NCBI RefSeq assembly: GCF_025526975.1
Contig: NW_026515685.1
Location: 1-64,000, forward strand
Length of the DNA: 64,000 nt
Source of the DNA: Fimicolochytrium jonesii
Lineage: Eukaryota
Reading direction: 5' to 3'
How positions within the stretch are numbered: the stretch's first letter is position 1; each line of letters starts with the position of its first letter. Shown one piece after another: positions 22,506-35,655 of the stretch. A program made the translations under genes and the position numbers. The notes beneath the pieces were generated by a model. That model was not told the DNA's origin and searched no databases. It saw only the letters and a list, made by a program, of their open reading frames with translations.

Positions 22506-22803
22506 GCTGCTGGTGGTGCTGCTGCTGCTGTTGTTGTTGTGGATGATCTGTGAGAAGCTGTTGGGAGAGAAGAGGGGGGGTTTAATGCAATTTGGTCAGC
22601 GCGGTTTAACTTGACTTTACGTACGTACTTGATGATTAGGGTTGCCCCTAATGCCCAATTCCAATTAAGAGTCAAGACGGTGGGCGGCTCGGCGCAATCC
22701 TTGCCGCTACGGCTTATTCGAGGCGTTCTTCCTCTCTCTCTCGCCTCTCAGACATTCCACACTGGCACAACTTTCTCGCTCAACCCACTTAGAGCACACA
22801 GAC

Positions 22804-24450
22804 ATGGCCTCCCTCACGCCGTCCGTAACAGCTCGGGACGACCTCCCAGTCGCCGATCAGCCGCGGGTGCCAGCAAAGACCGAGTTGGCAAAGGACCACT
22901 ATCGTGAGTTCATGTCAAGCTGCGATTACAAATATTTCGAAACTTATAGTCCCAAAGACCAGCAGCTTGCAATAGGTATCGTAGTAGCTGGATACAATGC
23001 GAAAGATATTGAGTCTGCACAAGTCGCTTCTCATTCGGATACAAGTTGCGATACAAACCTCTCTTTCCATTTCGTTATTAGACGAGGCTAAGCAGCGACT
23101 GCAGTCTAAAAACATCCAAAAGATCAGCGGCACTCTCGGGTCGAGGACAGATTTTCTGGCCATCATCTCTCATGTATGGTATGAAGTCATTCAGCAGTCT
23201 TGCTTCCAGATTACCGTCCTTAGTTCTTAGCACTTTTTTCAACGGCTGTCACTCAGGAACTTCGAACGCCCCTCAATGGAGTCATAGGCATTATCGATCT
23301 TATGCAGTCTGAGAAGATGACCGAAGACCAGCGCCTTTACATAAAGACACTAGAGGACTCGTGTTCGCGTCTCTTATCGTTAGTCAACCGACTTCAGGAC
23401 CTGGCCGCTTTACAGGGCGAAACTTCCCTTGTGAACATCATGGCGTTCGATCTAGTGGCCATCATTACCGGCGTCGCAGAATCGATGCAACATTTCAGCA
23501 CGCAGACGGGCAAGGGCACCCAAGTGACGCTCGATTTAGATCCCCGACTGCCTCTCTCCGTCAACGGCGACCTCACAAAAGTTCAGCAAGTGTTGAGTAA
23601 TCTCGTGGCAATCGCAGCCACCGCAAGCGCCGAGAAACTGGCATTTGTAAAAGCGGTACTGGAATCAAGTGACGGACCGCAAGTCGTCATACATATCAGT
23701 ATCCGAGGTGAAAAGATCGACATGCCGGCGGACGTGCTGCAGGGCTTCGGTCTCACCTTCTCCTACGAAGACATTCTACGGCCGCTAACAGCGAACAACT
23801 TGTCTCAAGGAATCGTCATCAGCCGCGAATTCCTTCACCTTCTGGGAAGCACGTTAGAAATCGCGCAGGAGGAGGACCACTCGCTGACATTCTCCTTTCG
23901 TTTGAAACTTACTTGCAATCCGGAAAATTGGAAAGGCAAGGACTCTCAGTCGAACTACGGCGAAATCAAGGCAGACCTGTCCGATGTTCATGTTTTGGTG
24001 GTTGAGGATAACTTCGTAAATCAACAAATCGCTAAGAAAATGTTACATAAACTTGGGATCGAGGCCGACGTAGCAGACGACGGTAAACAAGCCCTTGATC
24101 GGCTGGAGAACAAGGCATATGATATGATTTTTATGGTAAGAGTTGACTCTCCTTTTTTCCCGGTCGCTCTTTTACTCACTTTAGACCAACACTTGCATCA
24201 GGATTGCGATATGCCCATCATGGACGGGTATGACTGCACAACCCACATACGCAACAAACTGAACAACCATTCGATCAAGATCATCGCGTTGACCGCGAAT
24301 AGCACAAACAACGCCAAGCAACGCTGCACATCTGTCGGGATGAACGATTTCTTCACGAAGCCGATAACGCTCAAAACGCTGTCGGAAATGCTGCATAAAT
24401 GGCTGCCTACGACGGTGAATCTGGGGGCAAAGGAGAGCACAAGGTTGTAG
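22804..24450 (+). CDS. Hybrid histidine kinase-like protein (HisKA, degenerate HATPase, receiver)
   Basis: FLAIISH|ELRTPLNGVIG H-box split by an intron, GDLTKVQQVLSNL, receiver VLVVEDNFVNQ...IFM|DCDMPIMDG...IALTAN...TKP. Confidence 0.9.
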
Positions 24451-24969
24451 GCTCGTTACTACCGTAGTGATGGTATCTCTAGGGGGTGCAAAGAGCTGAT
24501 GGTGTCTCTAGGTGCGCATAGCTGGAATTAGTCCCGGGCGAATACTCGTAGCTGACAAAATTGTGTACAATCTTGACGATACGGCGAACTACATATAAAG
24601 CCTGCTGGCGGGGTGCAATAGTTTTCTTTATCTGGCTAGGCTCTACTCGTATGCAAAGTGCTGAATTGATGTGGGCTTTCCAGTGGACATGTTGAGACAG
24701 CGGCAGGTGAACCCGTGGCGCGTGCTTCCGCCCTGGCAGTTTGCGAAGCTTTCCCACCCACCAACAAACTGTATATGTACAGCAACTGACCCACATCAGT
24801 AAACCAAGCCTCGCCATAAGTTGGATCGGTTCCCTCCTTCCCGTCCCACCTCTCAACCACCTCGGTATAATTAGCTTCATAATGCACTTTAGGAGAGAGC
24901 TCTATGGGTAGAGTTGCCCACTCCGCTGGTGAATTGATTTCCCAGTGACCGTCGACAGCAGCTTCCCCA

Positions 24970-26229
24970 ATGCCCGCCAACAACGCAGCAGCAAACGCAC
25001 CATGCCTCCCTATCGAGCTCATAGACACTGTCCTGCTCTGCCTCGCTGACCCTCGCCACGCCGCGAAGGTCGCTTTATCCTTCAACCTTCGGCACGGCGC
25101 GCGCCACATCATCCCGCACATCGATTCCCTCCGCGAAAACTGGGGCGCACGCTCGTTGGAATAATTTCGCTGGCTCTTAAAAAGCACAAAGTGGATCCGA
25201 CCAATCGCAACGAGGCGCTGACGATATCACCGACCGCCGCCTGGATAGGCGACAAAGACATATTGCGCTTCTTTCATCTTGCGGGGTTGGTTCCCGTCGG
25301 CCACCCAGACGCGGTCGTGGCTATCCACTTGGCGGCTATCTATGAACACTGGCCGTTGGTGCAATGCTTTACGAGCATCGAAGCGAGGGGCACAATTCGC
25401 TAGCCCGAGCCCACCCCGCCGCTGGGTCTGCCCTTAAAGATTGAATCAAAAGTTGTGAGCGGAGCTGGTGGAGAAAGGTGGAAAGAATTGTTCGCTCAGA
25501 TCGGCCGGGATGGGTGGGGCTGGAACTCATGGACATTGCGGCCTACCACGGCAACTTTGCGCTCCTGCGATGGCTACCCGACAAGGGTTGCGAGAGTTGC
25601 TCGACCGCGGCTATGGACTTCGCGGCATACCACAACGAGTCTCAAATGGTGCGCTGGCTCCATGAGAATCGACGCGAAGGCTCTACCGCGGCAGCGGACT
25701 GGGCGGTCTGGCATGGGAGCATGTCGATGCTGGAATGGCATATGGACAGTCGAGTTGGGGGGGTGCTCGATGTGGGCTTTCCGGAACGCTGCGATGCGAG
25801 AGGACTTGGACTTGCTTCGGTGGCTGCACGCTGACCCAGAGAACTTCGTGCGCTCGCGGCTCAACTATTCATACGGGTTGAATTACACCCCGGATGAGAT
25901 GGCTATGGCAGCAATTTACCCTGCAGCTAAAGCGGGCCACATCCATGTTGTCGACTGAATCCTCATGGAATTCCCTGAAATCGACAGTTGTCAAGTACAC
26001 ATATGGCATAGCTAAGGGAAGTGGGCATAAGGACGTGGCCCGTCTTTTGTACGAACATGGGTTATGTGGGCGCGTCGTGGATCTTGCGGGTGAACTGCTC
26101 GAGCCTGACCCTTTAGTGATGATAATCACGGAGCGTCCCGCAATCGAATGGATCGAGCTTGACGGCACCAAACGGGAGAGGAAGCGCAAGAATAAATGTA
26201 GCAGGAGTCGGACATTGCGAGGTCTATAG
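24970..26229 (+). pseudogene. F-box-like N-terminus plus ankyrin-repeat protein, fragmented
   Basis: LPIELIDTVLL at the start. MDIAAYHGNFALLRWL, MDFAAYHN...VRWLHENRREG and AAKAGHIHVV repeats are spread over several frames with stops. Confidence 0.7.
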
Positions 26230-26974
26230 ACATATTGCAAAGACAATCAAAGCAGCCATTTTTGATGTCATTGGCTGTTCCTGCTCAATATAATCACGGC
26301 CGCCATCAGCCATGTCTTTCCCCACCCATTTCCTCTAAGAGATATTCGGCGTTTGACCAGACCGAGTAAAGCGGCGCAATGTTGCACGTGGACCCATCGG
26401 AAAACGGTTCTGGAATTGAGGGCTTGACACCGGCGAAGACGCGACAATGTAGCACTGCGGTGTGCGACCTTCATCCAACAGGGCTTACGCACTCCGATGC
26501 GCCCAGGAAGGAAAGAAGGAGGAGCGCAACTTTCGACTGTAAACGGGGCGGATTCCTTGGCACAAATCTGGAAAGGTTGGTGGTAGCCGCCGATGGTTCG
26601 TTCGCTCACTGACAGCACTGACAGTATGACCGCAGCTTATGTCATCCCACGAAGCCTTAAATTACGCGAAAGTTCTTGGCGTCGAACCGTCACGCCCACT
26701 TTGGAATTCTTCGCCCGATTTGACAGGCAAATAACGCGTTCATGGACGCCCCAACCACGCGTTCACGGTTCACCCCCACAGATGTCAGAGAAAATCATCC
26801 CCTCCAAGAAATGCGCCGACCGGCTCCCCAGCACTTCATGTCCTCGTTCTTCTCTCCTCGCCGTCGGTTTGGGCTTCCTCAGCAGCCGCCAACCGCCAGC
26901 CGAACTCCTCCCTACCTTCGTCTTCGACATCACATAGGGCATAACTCCATCCAGCCTACTTTTCAATACAAACC

Positions 26975-29611
26975 ATGGGCAGGATGAGCAACGGATTCAA
27001 CACCCTCCTCCTCACTTTCATCGCCTCGGAAACCATCCGCGCATGTCTCCTCTCCAATGCCGTCCGAAGCGGGTGTATCATACCGCCCCTCGACATCGTA
27101 TTCCTGTCCGAACTGCTCAAGTTCGCCGTGTCATGGCTGATGCTGGCCGTCGCGGGTCCCTCCCCACCTCTCAGTCGCACCTCCCCTATCCGGAAGGACC
27201 GTGCGACGACGAAAGTGACAGGTTGGCTCCACCACGCGCAGGACAGCCCGCATATTGCGTGTGCAGTGCCGGCGCTTCTCTACTTTATCTACAACGCACT
27301 GTATATGTTCGGATTGAAGCAAACCACGCCGTCGTCACTGCACTTTGCCCTCGTGGCGAAGATACCATTTACGGCCCTGCTGCATCATTTGTTGATTCGA
27401 CGAGTGCAGAAGGTCAATGCAGCCCAACGGTGGTTCGCCCTTTTCGGGATTTTCGCTGGAATGGCTCTCTTTGAGCTCACAGGCCGGCATGACAGGGCGG
27501 ACGACAGCACGGACTGGATCGTGAAGTTTTTCGGGTTGGTTATTGGCCTACTCATCTCGCTCATGTCCGGGTTCACCTCGATATACACGGAGCTGATGTT
27601 GAAGGGCAATACGATGTCTTTCTGGCAAACCCAGTTCTGGTTGTACGGGTGGGGATCGCTGTTCGGCCTGATTGCCACCGTCGCGTACTGGTGGTCTTCG
27701 GAGGAGCCCATTTCGCTTCTGGGCGGTTCATCGCTTCTGCCGACGGGTTCAGTCGTCATCGCCACAGCCCTTACTGGTCTTTTGGTTGCTACGATTCTTC
27801 GCCAGCAGAACAATCTTGTCAAACTCGTCGGAAATTCGAGTGCGACGATCTTCATTTTCATCGCTCAAGCTGCCATTTTGCGCGACGGCCAGGCGCTGTT
27901 CACCCCGATAGCTGTGATCTGTCTCACCATCATGTCCATAAGCATATTCGTGTTCAACCGCAGCTTAGGCGAACACTCGTATGAGCTGCTCGGCGAACAC
28001 AAAGGTCACACCCCCACCGGCTGGGGTCGTAGTCTCTGGTCAACGCTGTACAGCAAGACCGGCCTTCGGTATGTCGGCGCCTTCGTCGCAGGGTCCTTAT
28101 CTCTAACTCTCCTGTGCCTCACGCTCAGAGAGTCGCCCGTACAGGCTCTCGCACGGACAGAACGTCTCAGAGATACTCCCATGAGAGACTGGACTGCGAA
28201 GCTGGTCGCAAAATACCGCCTGAACGAGGCGTGGGGCACATGCGACGGAATGAATCAAACGACGGAAATTCAACCGATCTTCTTCCCGTCTGTATGGTAC
28301 TCGAACACCGTTCCCAACTACCTCTACGAATTCGTCGGCAGCGTGCGTGCGAATCCCCATATCAACCTCCTCCTACTCGGCGCGGACGTCAAGGGCGATC
28401 AATGCTTGGGATTGCGGAAACTGACAGCCGAACACAACAACACAAACATCCGTCTCATCTGTCTCCCGCCACCGACGATGATGTGGCTTTTTGCCGACGG
28501 GCTCTGTTCCGAATGGAAGTGTTCGGAATCGGAACTGGTGACCACATTCGAGACGGTCCAAGCCCTCATCGAAATAAAACCGTACCTCTTCGTGGATCTG
28601 AAGCCGATGATGGGCTCGGTGTGGCAGCGGTTGGTAAATTGCAGCTCGCATTGGGCTTTCGGGGATATGGACATCGTTCATGGGAACCATGCCGATATGT
28701 TCCCGTGGAAAGCGCTGAAACAGTTTGATGTTATGAGCTTCTCGTTTGGAGATGCGGATCGGGTGTATACGCGTGGACAGTACACAGTAGTGAAGAATGA
28801 TCCGAAGGTCATGGGATTCTGGACGAGGATTCCCGAAGTCGGGAATGCCGCCAACTTCTCCGCGTCGTACGGCGAGATGGTCAAACAGAAGAAGGTCTGG
28901 CAGCTGGTCACGGACGAAGGCTCCTTCTCTCATCTGCTCGTCACCGGCGACGAACTCACATGGGCGATCATGGTTCTATTCGAAGCCCCGGAATGGAGCG
29001 TAATGAAAGGCGAACCCCGGAGCCAATTCCTTATTACGCGCGACTTGGAGAGCAAGTACGAGGTGATGCAGGTCAACTACGACGCAGCGGTGTACAACGA
29101 CTCGATGCGTGCCGCCGCCGAGCTCGCCAAAGTGCGATCCGCGTTCGACAAGCAGCCGACGCTAACGGATTTCTTTGGGGAGCTTTCCGAAGCCGACGGG
29201 CATCAGATCTACCCGATAGAACTTGGCCATTTGCCCCACGACGAATGCGAGGCGATGGGATGGATCGAGCCAAAGTACCGCACCTGCTTCCGAACACTGT
29301 GGAACCACGAGGGTCGCCGCGCACAGTCAAATCCTGTTCTGATGCGCCGGCCGAATCACACATCCGTGGAAATAATGTGGTTTGGACCTCAGGGGCGGGA
29401 AGTGACACTGGATTGGGACGGGAATGTATCGTTGGGATGGGATCCGTTAGCGATCCGTGCCACCCGCCATTTGTTCGCGCATTTCCAGATTTGGAAGCGC
29501 GAGCCCGGGTGGGCGGCCCGTCCTCTTGCGTTGGGTGAGACACTGCGGATTACGAAGGACGCCGCGGATGTTCCGAAATTCGAGTATGTCCCGTCCAGTA
29601 ATCGACTATAA
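26975..29611 (+). CDS. Nucleotide-sugar transporter (SLC35A-like) fused to a lumenal glycosyltransferase-like (DUF6625-like) domain, 878 aa, intronless
   Basis: N-terminal half has SELLK, AVPALLY...N, KIPFTALL, SGFTSIYTE..LK and NNLVK. An extra TM helix follows. C-terminal half has DLKPMMG...HWAFGDMDIVHG (DxD). Confidence 0.85.
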   Translation: MGRMSNGFNTLLLTFIASETIRACLLSNAVRSGCIIPPLDIVFLSELLKFAVSWLMLAVAGPSPPLSRTSPIRKDRATTKVTGWLHHAQDSPHIACAVPALLYFIYNALYMFGLKQTTPSSLHFALVAKIPFTALLHHLLIRRVQKVNAAQRWFALFGIFAGMALFELTGRHDRADDSTDWIVKFFGLVIGLLISLMSGFTSIYTELMLKGNTMSFWQTQFWLYGWGSLFGLIATVAYWWSSEEPISLLGGSSLLPTGSVVIATALTGLLVATILRQQNNLVKLVGNSSATIFIFIAQAAILRDGQALFTPIAVICLTIMSISIFVFNRSLGEHSYELLGEHKGHTPTGWGRSLWSTLYSKTGLRYVGAFVAGSLSLTLLCLTLRESPVQALARTERLRDTPMRDWTAKLVAKYRLNEAWGTCDGMNQTTEIQPIFFPSVWYSNTVPNYLYEFVGSVRANPHINLLLLGADVKGDQCLGLRKLTAEHNNTNIRLICLPPPTMMWLFADGLCSEWKCSESELVTTFETVQALIEIKPYLFVDLKPMMGSVWQRLVNCSSHWAFGDMDIVHGNHADMFPWKALKQFDVMSFSFGDADRVYTRGQYTVVKNDPKVMGFWTRIPEVGNAANFSASYGEMVKQKKVWQLVTDEGSFSHLLVTGDELTWAIMVLFEAPEWSVMKGEPRSQFLITRDLESKYEVMQVNYDAAVYNDSMRAAAELAKVRSAFDKQPTLTDFFGELSEADGHQIYPIELGHLPHDECEAMGWIEPKYRTCFRTLWNHEGRRAQSNPVLMRRPNHTSVEIMWFGPQGREVTLDWDGNVSLGWDPLAIRATRHLFAHFQIWKREPGWAARPLALGETLRITKDAADVPKFEYVPSSNRL

Positions 29612-30428
29612 GAGGGGACGCGACTCATTTTCGCGATGGGACGGCGTAAATGCGGTTGAGTAGAGAAACGGAGGCGGCGATAGTCATAGGTCATAGGTCG
29701 CTGCATTGACGGCGTATTCATAGGTTTGTGTACACTTCACAAAGCGTATCAGCTATAATACTGTAAATAGTTTCTGCGCGCTAAGACGTACAGTATAAGC
29801 AAATACTCATCCCATACGTTCCATACCTCGCCTACGGAACCTGCGACCGGGGGTAGGCGACTGCTTCGCCTGTATCAACACAGCAGAGGGGTGTGGCCCG
29901 TAGCAAGCAATCGCCTCCTGGGCGTCTACGCCACCCACGACGGGACTACGTACATCACACAATATGATACGATATGAGACTTCCTTTACTCAATGGGATA
30001 CGACGAGAGGGTTGGGATTCGGAGCGAAAGCTGGCAATTATATGAACGATTTCACCCTGCCTGATTGATGCATGTCGGGCCGCCTCTGATTTCCCCCCCT
30101 CACATCGATAGAGCCGTGATGAGAAGTAGAGAACTCGGGATAGATGCATAGATTTTTGTTATCCATTTACGTGATAGCTTTATGTTTTCTAGAGATGATG
30201 TTTTCTAGAGATGGTTTTTGTCCCATGTCTGTGTGCGAGTTCCTGCATGTGATGGCGATCATCACGCGCCGGTCCAAATCCAAACACTCTCCGTCTGCCC
30301 CCCCAGGACATCATCTCAACTCATCTTGGCCCCCCTCCCAACCCACATTTACCCTCTTATCCATCTCTCTCAGCTCTCCGGGTCCCGCAGCCCATTTGCT
30401 CCCTGACGCAAGAACCGCAACGCACAAG

Positions 30429-32030
30429 ATGGCACTAGAAGAGGACACCTCCGCCCTCGAGCTTCGCTTCGCAAAGGCCCTGTCTGTGCTAGAGCAGATC
30501 GGGCAAGAAGACCTGGGAATGGTGCCTTCGAACGACGAGAAGCTTCAACTCTATGGGCTCTACAAGCAGGCGACCGTGGGGCCGGTGTCGACGCCGAGGC
30601 CGGGGATATTTGATTTGGTGGTGAGTGTCGGCGGAGAATAAGGACGGGAACTATTGAGCTTGGGAAGCGGAAGAATGCTGGAGGGTCTGTCTGGCGACTT
30701 CCGGCCGGTGCGAGGCCGAGCCGAAGGCACCCTGCTGGCAAACCTGTCGAGCAACAGCGGCATTGCGCAAGGCGCGCGAGATTATCATCCCTCGCCCTGC
30801 CTTGCGGAAAGCAGGATTTGGTCCAACGGGCCTGTGCTAACGTGTATGTCTTTGACTCTCCCTTTATTTAGGGCAGATCAAAGTGGGATGCATGGAAGAA
30901 GCAATATCATCTGAGTCCCATCCAAGCCAAAGAGGCTTATGTTACAGTCGTGGCTGACGTGAGTTCGTAGCTAGCTTTCTTGCCTGGACAACGCTTAATA
31001 GTCGCTCAAGATCAGTGTCCCTCTCCACTTGTTCCAGTTCTTGAGGAAATTTCCAGACAGACCACTGGGAGCCGAGGTCATCGAGTACTTTGAACTCTCC
31101 CGTGCCGGCTTGGCCCCACCGTATGATTCCGACGACGGTGAGACTGCAGAGTTGATCTCCATTCCGACCAGTGATTCCAGGAGCACCGTTGACATGACCT
31201 CTTCAATCCCAACACCGGCATTCCCATTTCAATCTTCTGATCCAACAAATCACCCGCTCCTCCCATCTGAACTCTACCCCACACGCTACCCATTACACCC
31301 TACCTCATCATCATCAACGCCCAAACTCTCATCGTCGACTTCAACACCAACATCCACCTCATCCTCACTACGGTCCTTTTTACGTTTTTGGACGAATGCA
31401 GAACACAGCGATCGAGGGCTGGATGACGTGGAAGTGCCTGTGGATGTGCACTTCCCTGAGTCGGATCACCATTCGGACGATAACTTGATTGGCTCCCCTC
31501 CACGCGGGTTCGATGGGGACGATCGCCATCACCCACATCCCTTTCACCCACATCCGGGAACCGCGGACTTCCTCTCAGCCTCTCCACCAACTATCACACC
31601 GCTACCATCTCTTTCTTCTTCGGCTGGACCAATCCAACAGCAGCAGCTTCCATCGAACCCCCGTCAACAAGCCCCAACGGAACCCCGGCCCAGCGACGAC
31701 CTTACATCCACATCGCGCACCCCGATAGTAAACGACCTAATCGAACGCGTCCGCGCCCTCGAAGTCGAACTCTCAACCATGCACAGCGATCTGACAACCC
31801 AACGGAACCACATTCACACCGTCCTCCGGCGCCAAGGCCGTCCCGGCGTGGTGCGGGCCATCATCCGCACGGTCCTGAAATTGGTCGCGTCGACGTGCTG
31901 GAACCTCATCTGTGCGTTTGCGGCGTTGTGGGTGTTTGGGTACCGCCCGACGGCGCAGAGCAAGTTTGTGGAGTGGCTGATTTGGATGGTTATGAAGAGG
32001 AATCAGATAAATGGCGCCTTGCTGGATTAG
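30429..32030 (+). CDS. Acyl-CoA-binding domain protein with coiled coil and C-terminal TM (ACBD5/Atg37-like architecture); 3 exons
   Basis: PSNDEKLQLYGLYKQATVG...RPGIFDLV|GRSKWDAW, then a low-complexity linker, LIERVRALEVEL and a hydrophobic tail. Confidence 0.88.
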
Positions 32031-33107
32031 CTTTTAGGAGGAATGTGTGGGAAATCAGGCCTTCATCCCATCGGCGCCCGGGGTTCGGTCGTGCCATTGC
32101 ACTCGGGGATTCAGTGGAAGTCGAGGAAACCCAGCATCCGTCAGGTCGAGGCACAGGAATGCTGCGCGCAGGATTTCTGTGCGCAGGGGCCGGGACAACA
32201 CAACGCGTACTTCGGTACATCCTTTCCCTTGATTGTTTCGGCCAGCCCTTAGTCTAATCCCCATGCCCTAATCGTAGTCTCCCGCTATGTATGTTCCCCA
32301 CTGCTCGTACTCTCCTTCTAAGAAGCGCCCACCTTTGTACAGCCTATGTAGACTCGTCTGTATCTGCCCATGCCCTGCCAACACCTGTATCATAACTCCT
32401 GGCGGGCATATCATCGATTGCGCGATTAGCCGTGCAAATGCGTAAAATGTACACATAGTTTCACCAGTGTCGATCGTGCGTTCAAATGTGCAACAGTCTT
32501 GAAATGAATGAAATGAACCAGAAAGAGTCATTTCGCCCCCTCGCTCCTCAATAAAGGGCAGGGCGATACATATGCCGAAACTACCCCAAGGCACCGATGT
32601 CGTCTCCGACCACTATACAACCCGAATCTACGTCGCTACATAAAAATGGTTATAAATGAACTAAAGAAAAGAAACTAAGTAGCGTTGTCGTGGGAAGGGC
32701 CCGATGCCTCCGACGGGCCACTCACACAAAAACAGCCTCCGATCCAACCGCCGCCCACGATCTAAACGTCATTGGGCGGAGCTCGCCTACCCTTCCGCAT
32801 CTGGCTTCTGTACGGATACCCGATTTGAAGGGTATGATAAGTGGCTGCCACAGATGTGTGAAAACGTTTCATATTGCCTGAAGCTTCTCGAGGCTGTTTC
32901 CGTAAAGCTTTGACGGGTTTTTTTTGACAGTGGCAACACTGGCCAAGGAAATCAAACGTCGCCGAGGTGCCATACATATTCTGAAGTCACCCTAAGGTTA
33001 TGCTATTTATGCAATTTATGCCACTACATGATCAGCCTACAAAGTACGCCAATGAAGCACAGCAATCCAGCGCTATGCTAAAAAAAACCCTCCTACAGTG
33101 TCCGCTC

Positions 33108-35655
33108 TCAAACCCGGAAATCATGTCGCTCAACATACGAGGCAATAAAGCCCTCCAAAGTGGCCGGGTAATCCTTGAACTGCGCCTTGCCGTGCTCATC
33201 CACATACGTGTTGCCCTGGACAAACACTTTCCTGGGCTGCTTGTTCGCCAGCGCAATCTCACGGTACTTTGTCCATTCGTCGCTGACGGAGGTCGCGTCG
33301 ACGTAGAACGCGACTCCGTGCTCGGCGTCGGCGGTCGCTTTGTACACGTTGAGCTTTTGCAGGAACTCGCCGACGGCTTTGTAGCCGACCGTCTTGATTT
33401 GCGAGCGGTCCAGCTGGATCGTGATGGTGTCGCCGGAGGGGGATGGGACGACTTTTGTGAACCCGGCTTTGAGGAACACGTTGAGGAGGGCGAAGCGCGC
33501 TTGCATGTGCGCTTGACCCCACTTCTTGGACTTGGGGTCGTAGAACTCCAAAGCCATCAGTCCGGCGCGCGCCATGTGGAGGTACATGACGTACAAAATA
33601 TCCTCGAACTGCTGATCGGTGTTGCCGAAGATGGATTGGATTTCCTAGAACAACGTGCAATTGGTGGCGATAAAATGTTTAGTCCGAAAAAACCAGTTAA
33701 ATACAATCGTCCCATTCAAGAGTAAATCCTTACCTTGTCCACCCCAAGGTACATGGCGACAGCTTCGGCGCGGCACTCTTCGTAGCTGGCGGCGGTTGAC
33801 TTGAACACGGAGCCCCAGGTCTCGCCAGGCTTGTACCAGGTGGTGATGGGCTTTCCGGTCAATGGCGAGATTGGAGGGTTCTTGTGGTCGAAGTTGAACT
33901 TGCCAGCTGATTCTTCTTGGAGCAGCTTCCCGCTTCCGTGACCTAAAGTATCGCAACCAGTCGCTCAGAATCTCCGGAAACCCAGCCAACGGTCTACTCA
34001 AACGAGACCTACCGAGAAGCTCGTGCAAACCGACTTGAACTTCGAAAGCCGGCCCACTGTACTTCTTGTAAAGCACAGCGTCCTCGTCGCTGATGAAGGT
34101 GATTTTCTCATTGGGCGCCTTCGCCGACAACACATTTCCGAGCGAAACATTCTTGAAGCCTTCGTTCATGCGGATGTCGTTATACTAGAAAAAAGGAAAA
34201 TCCGTCAGATACCTATTGTATAATCCATACTGAAGGAGCCATCGGCTTCGGCTTACGTTGGGGATGTTGATTCCAGCGGGGCAACCACCAGGCGTAGCGA
34301 AGGAAACGACCTCGAGACTGGTAAAGTCCGGCTTGATGAATTTGTCAACCTCAAAGTCGGTAGGCCACGGCAGACGTTTCACAAATTGCTCAGCGGAGTT
34401 GACAAGATGGTCAAACTTCTCAGTCTGCTCCTTGTTGACGACAGCGACAAAGCCTTCCCATTCCGCGCGAATACCAGCGGGGTCCTTGTAGGTCTCGATG
34501 AAACCGATGTTGCTCTCAACGATGGGACCGACATCGCGAATCCAGTGGCGCTGTGATTCCCTGTGAGCCTCAATGGATCCGGTACGGAAGGACTCCGCGT
34601 ATTTCTCGAGCATCTTCTTTTGATGCTCATTTGCGGCGTAAGGGATAGCCTTGGTGATGTTCTCGGCGATGGAGGCCATTGCTTTCGAAAAGTCCCCATA
34701 GACAACCTTCACTTCGAGGCCGTCATCTCCCTTCAGGATCTTTTCGGAGGACGCACCCTCGGCAGATGCCACGTACAGGGTGTACGATTTGTCGTGCTCG
34801 TTGACCAATCGAGTGTTGAGAGCGGAAATCTCGTGCTTTTCCAGAAGAGCTTGAACTGCCTGCACCTCAGACTTGCCGATCTTCGAACTGCACAAATAGG
34901 ATTGGCGTTAAGATCTACACAGAGCGGTAGAATGCGAGTTAACTGATAGGAACTTTTGCCTCAGCCTACCTGTAGTAACCAGAAACATGGCCCTCCGCCG
35001 GGAATCCGATCAACAGGCATTCGCTGGGCTCAGACTTATAAATGTCGCCACGAACTTTGTTGAACAGGGCAGTGGCAGCGGACGATCCAGCCGCGGTAAC
35101 AATCTTCTCGAACTCGGCTTCCGGAAGACGAGGGAAGAACTTTGTGTCTCCAAACGACTTGAAGTTGGAAAGGTTGTAGAGCACCTGCACAGCGTACTCG
35201 ACAAAGTACTTCCAGCTCTCCTCCGACACGCCGGCGGCGGATTTGAAAGCGGAGATATCCCGAGTGACGTTGGTGTTCTTGCTGTCCTGGAAGAGGGTGA
35301 CGAAGAGCAGATACAGGTCTGTGGAATGCTCCGATAGCGTCCTGGTGAGAATGGGTGTGCCGGCCCAAGATGCCTTTGCGAGGTAGTGCGTGTAGAGCTT
35401 TTCTTTATCGGAAAGAGTTTCGAAGTGTTGCTTTGCCTCCAGACGGCAGATGGGAGCGTCGGTGTCAGCTAGGTATTGGTGAGGTGGTGCCATGATGGTA
35501 GTGTGAGATCGAGTGAAGAATGAGGTGATCTTCAGTTTTTCGAGAGGAGTGACAGGAGCAGCAGGTGTGAAGAAGACGTTCCTTCGTGCGGACGAGTTCA
35601 GACGGAGTAGCTGGGACAGCGGCGACGAGGATGGCAGCAGCCGCCTGTGATACAT
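33108..35655 (-). CDS. DPP3: Dipeptidyl peptidase III (M49)
   Basis: [59 protein letters not shown]. Start is either 35655 or 35493. Confidence 0.95.
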
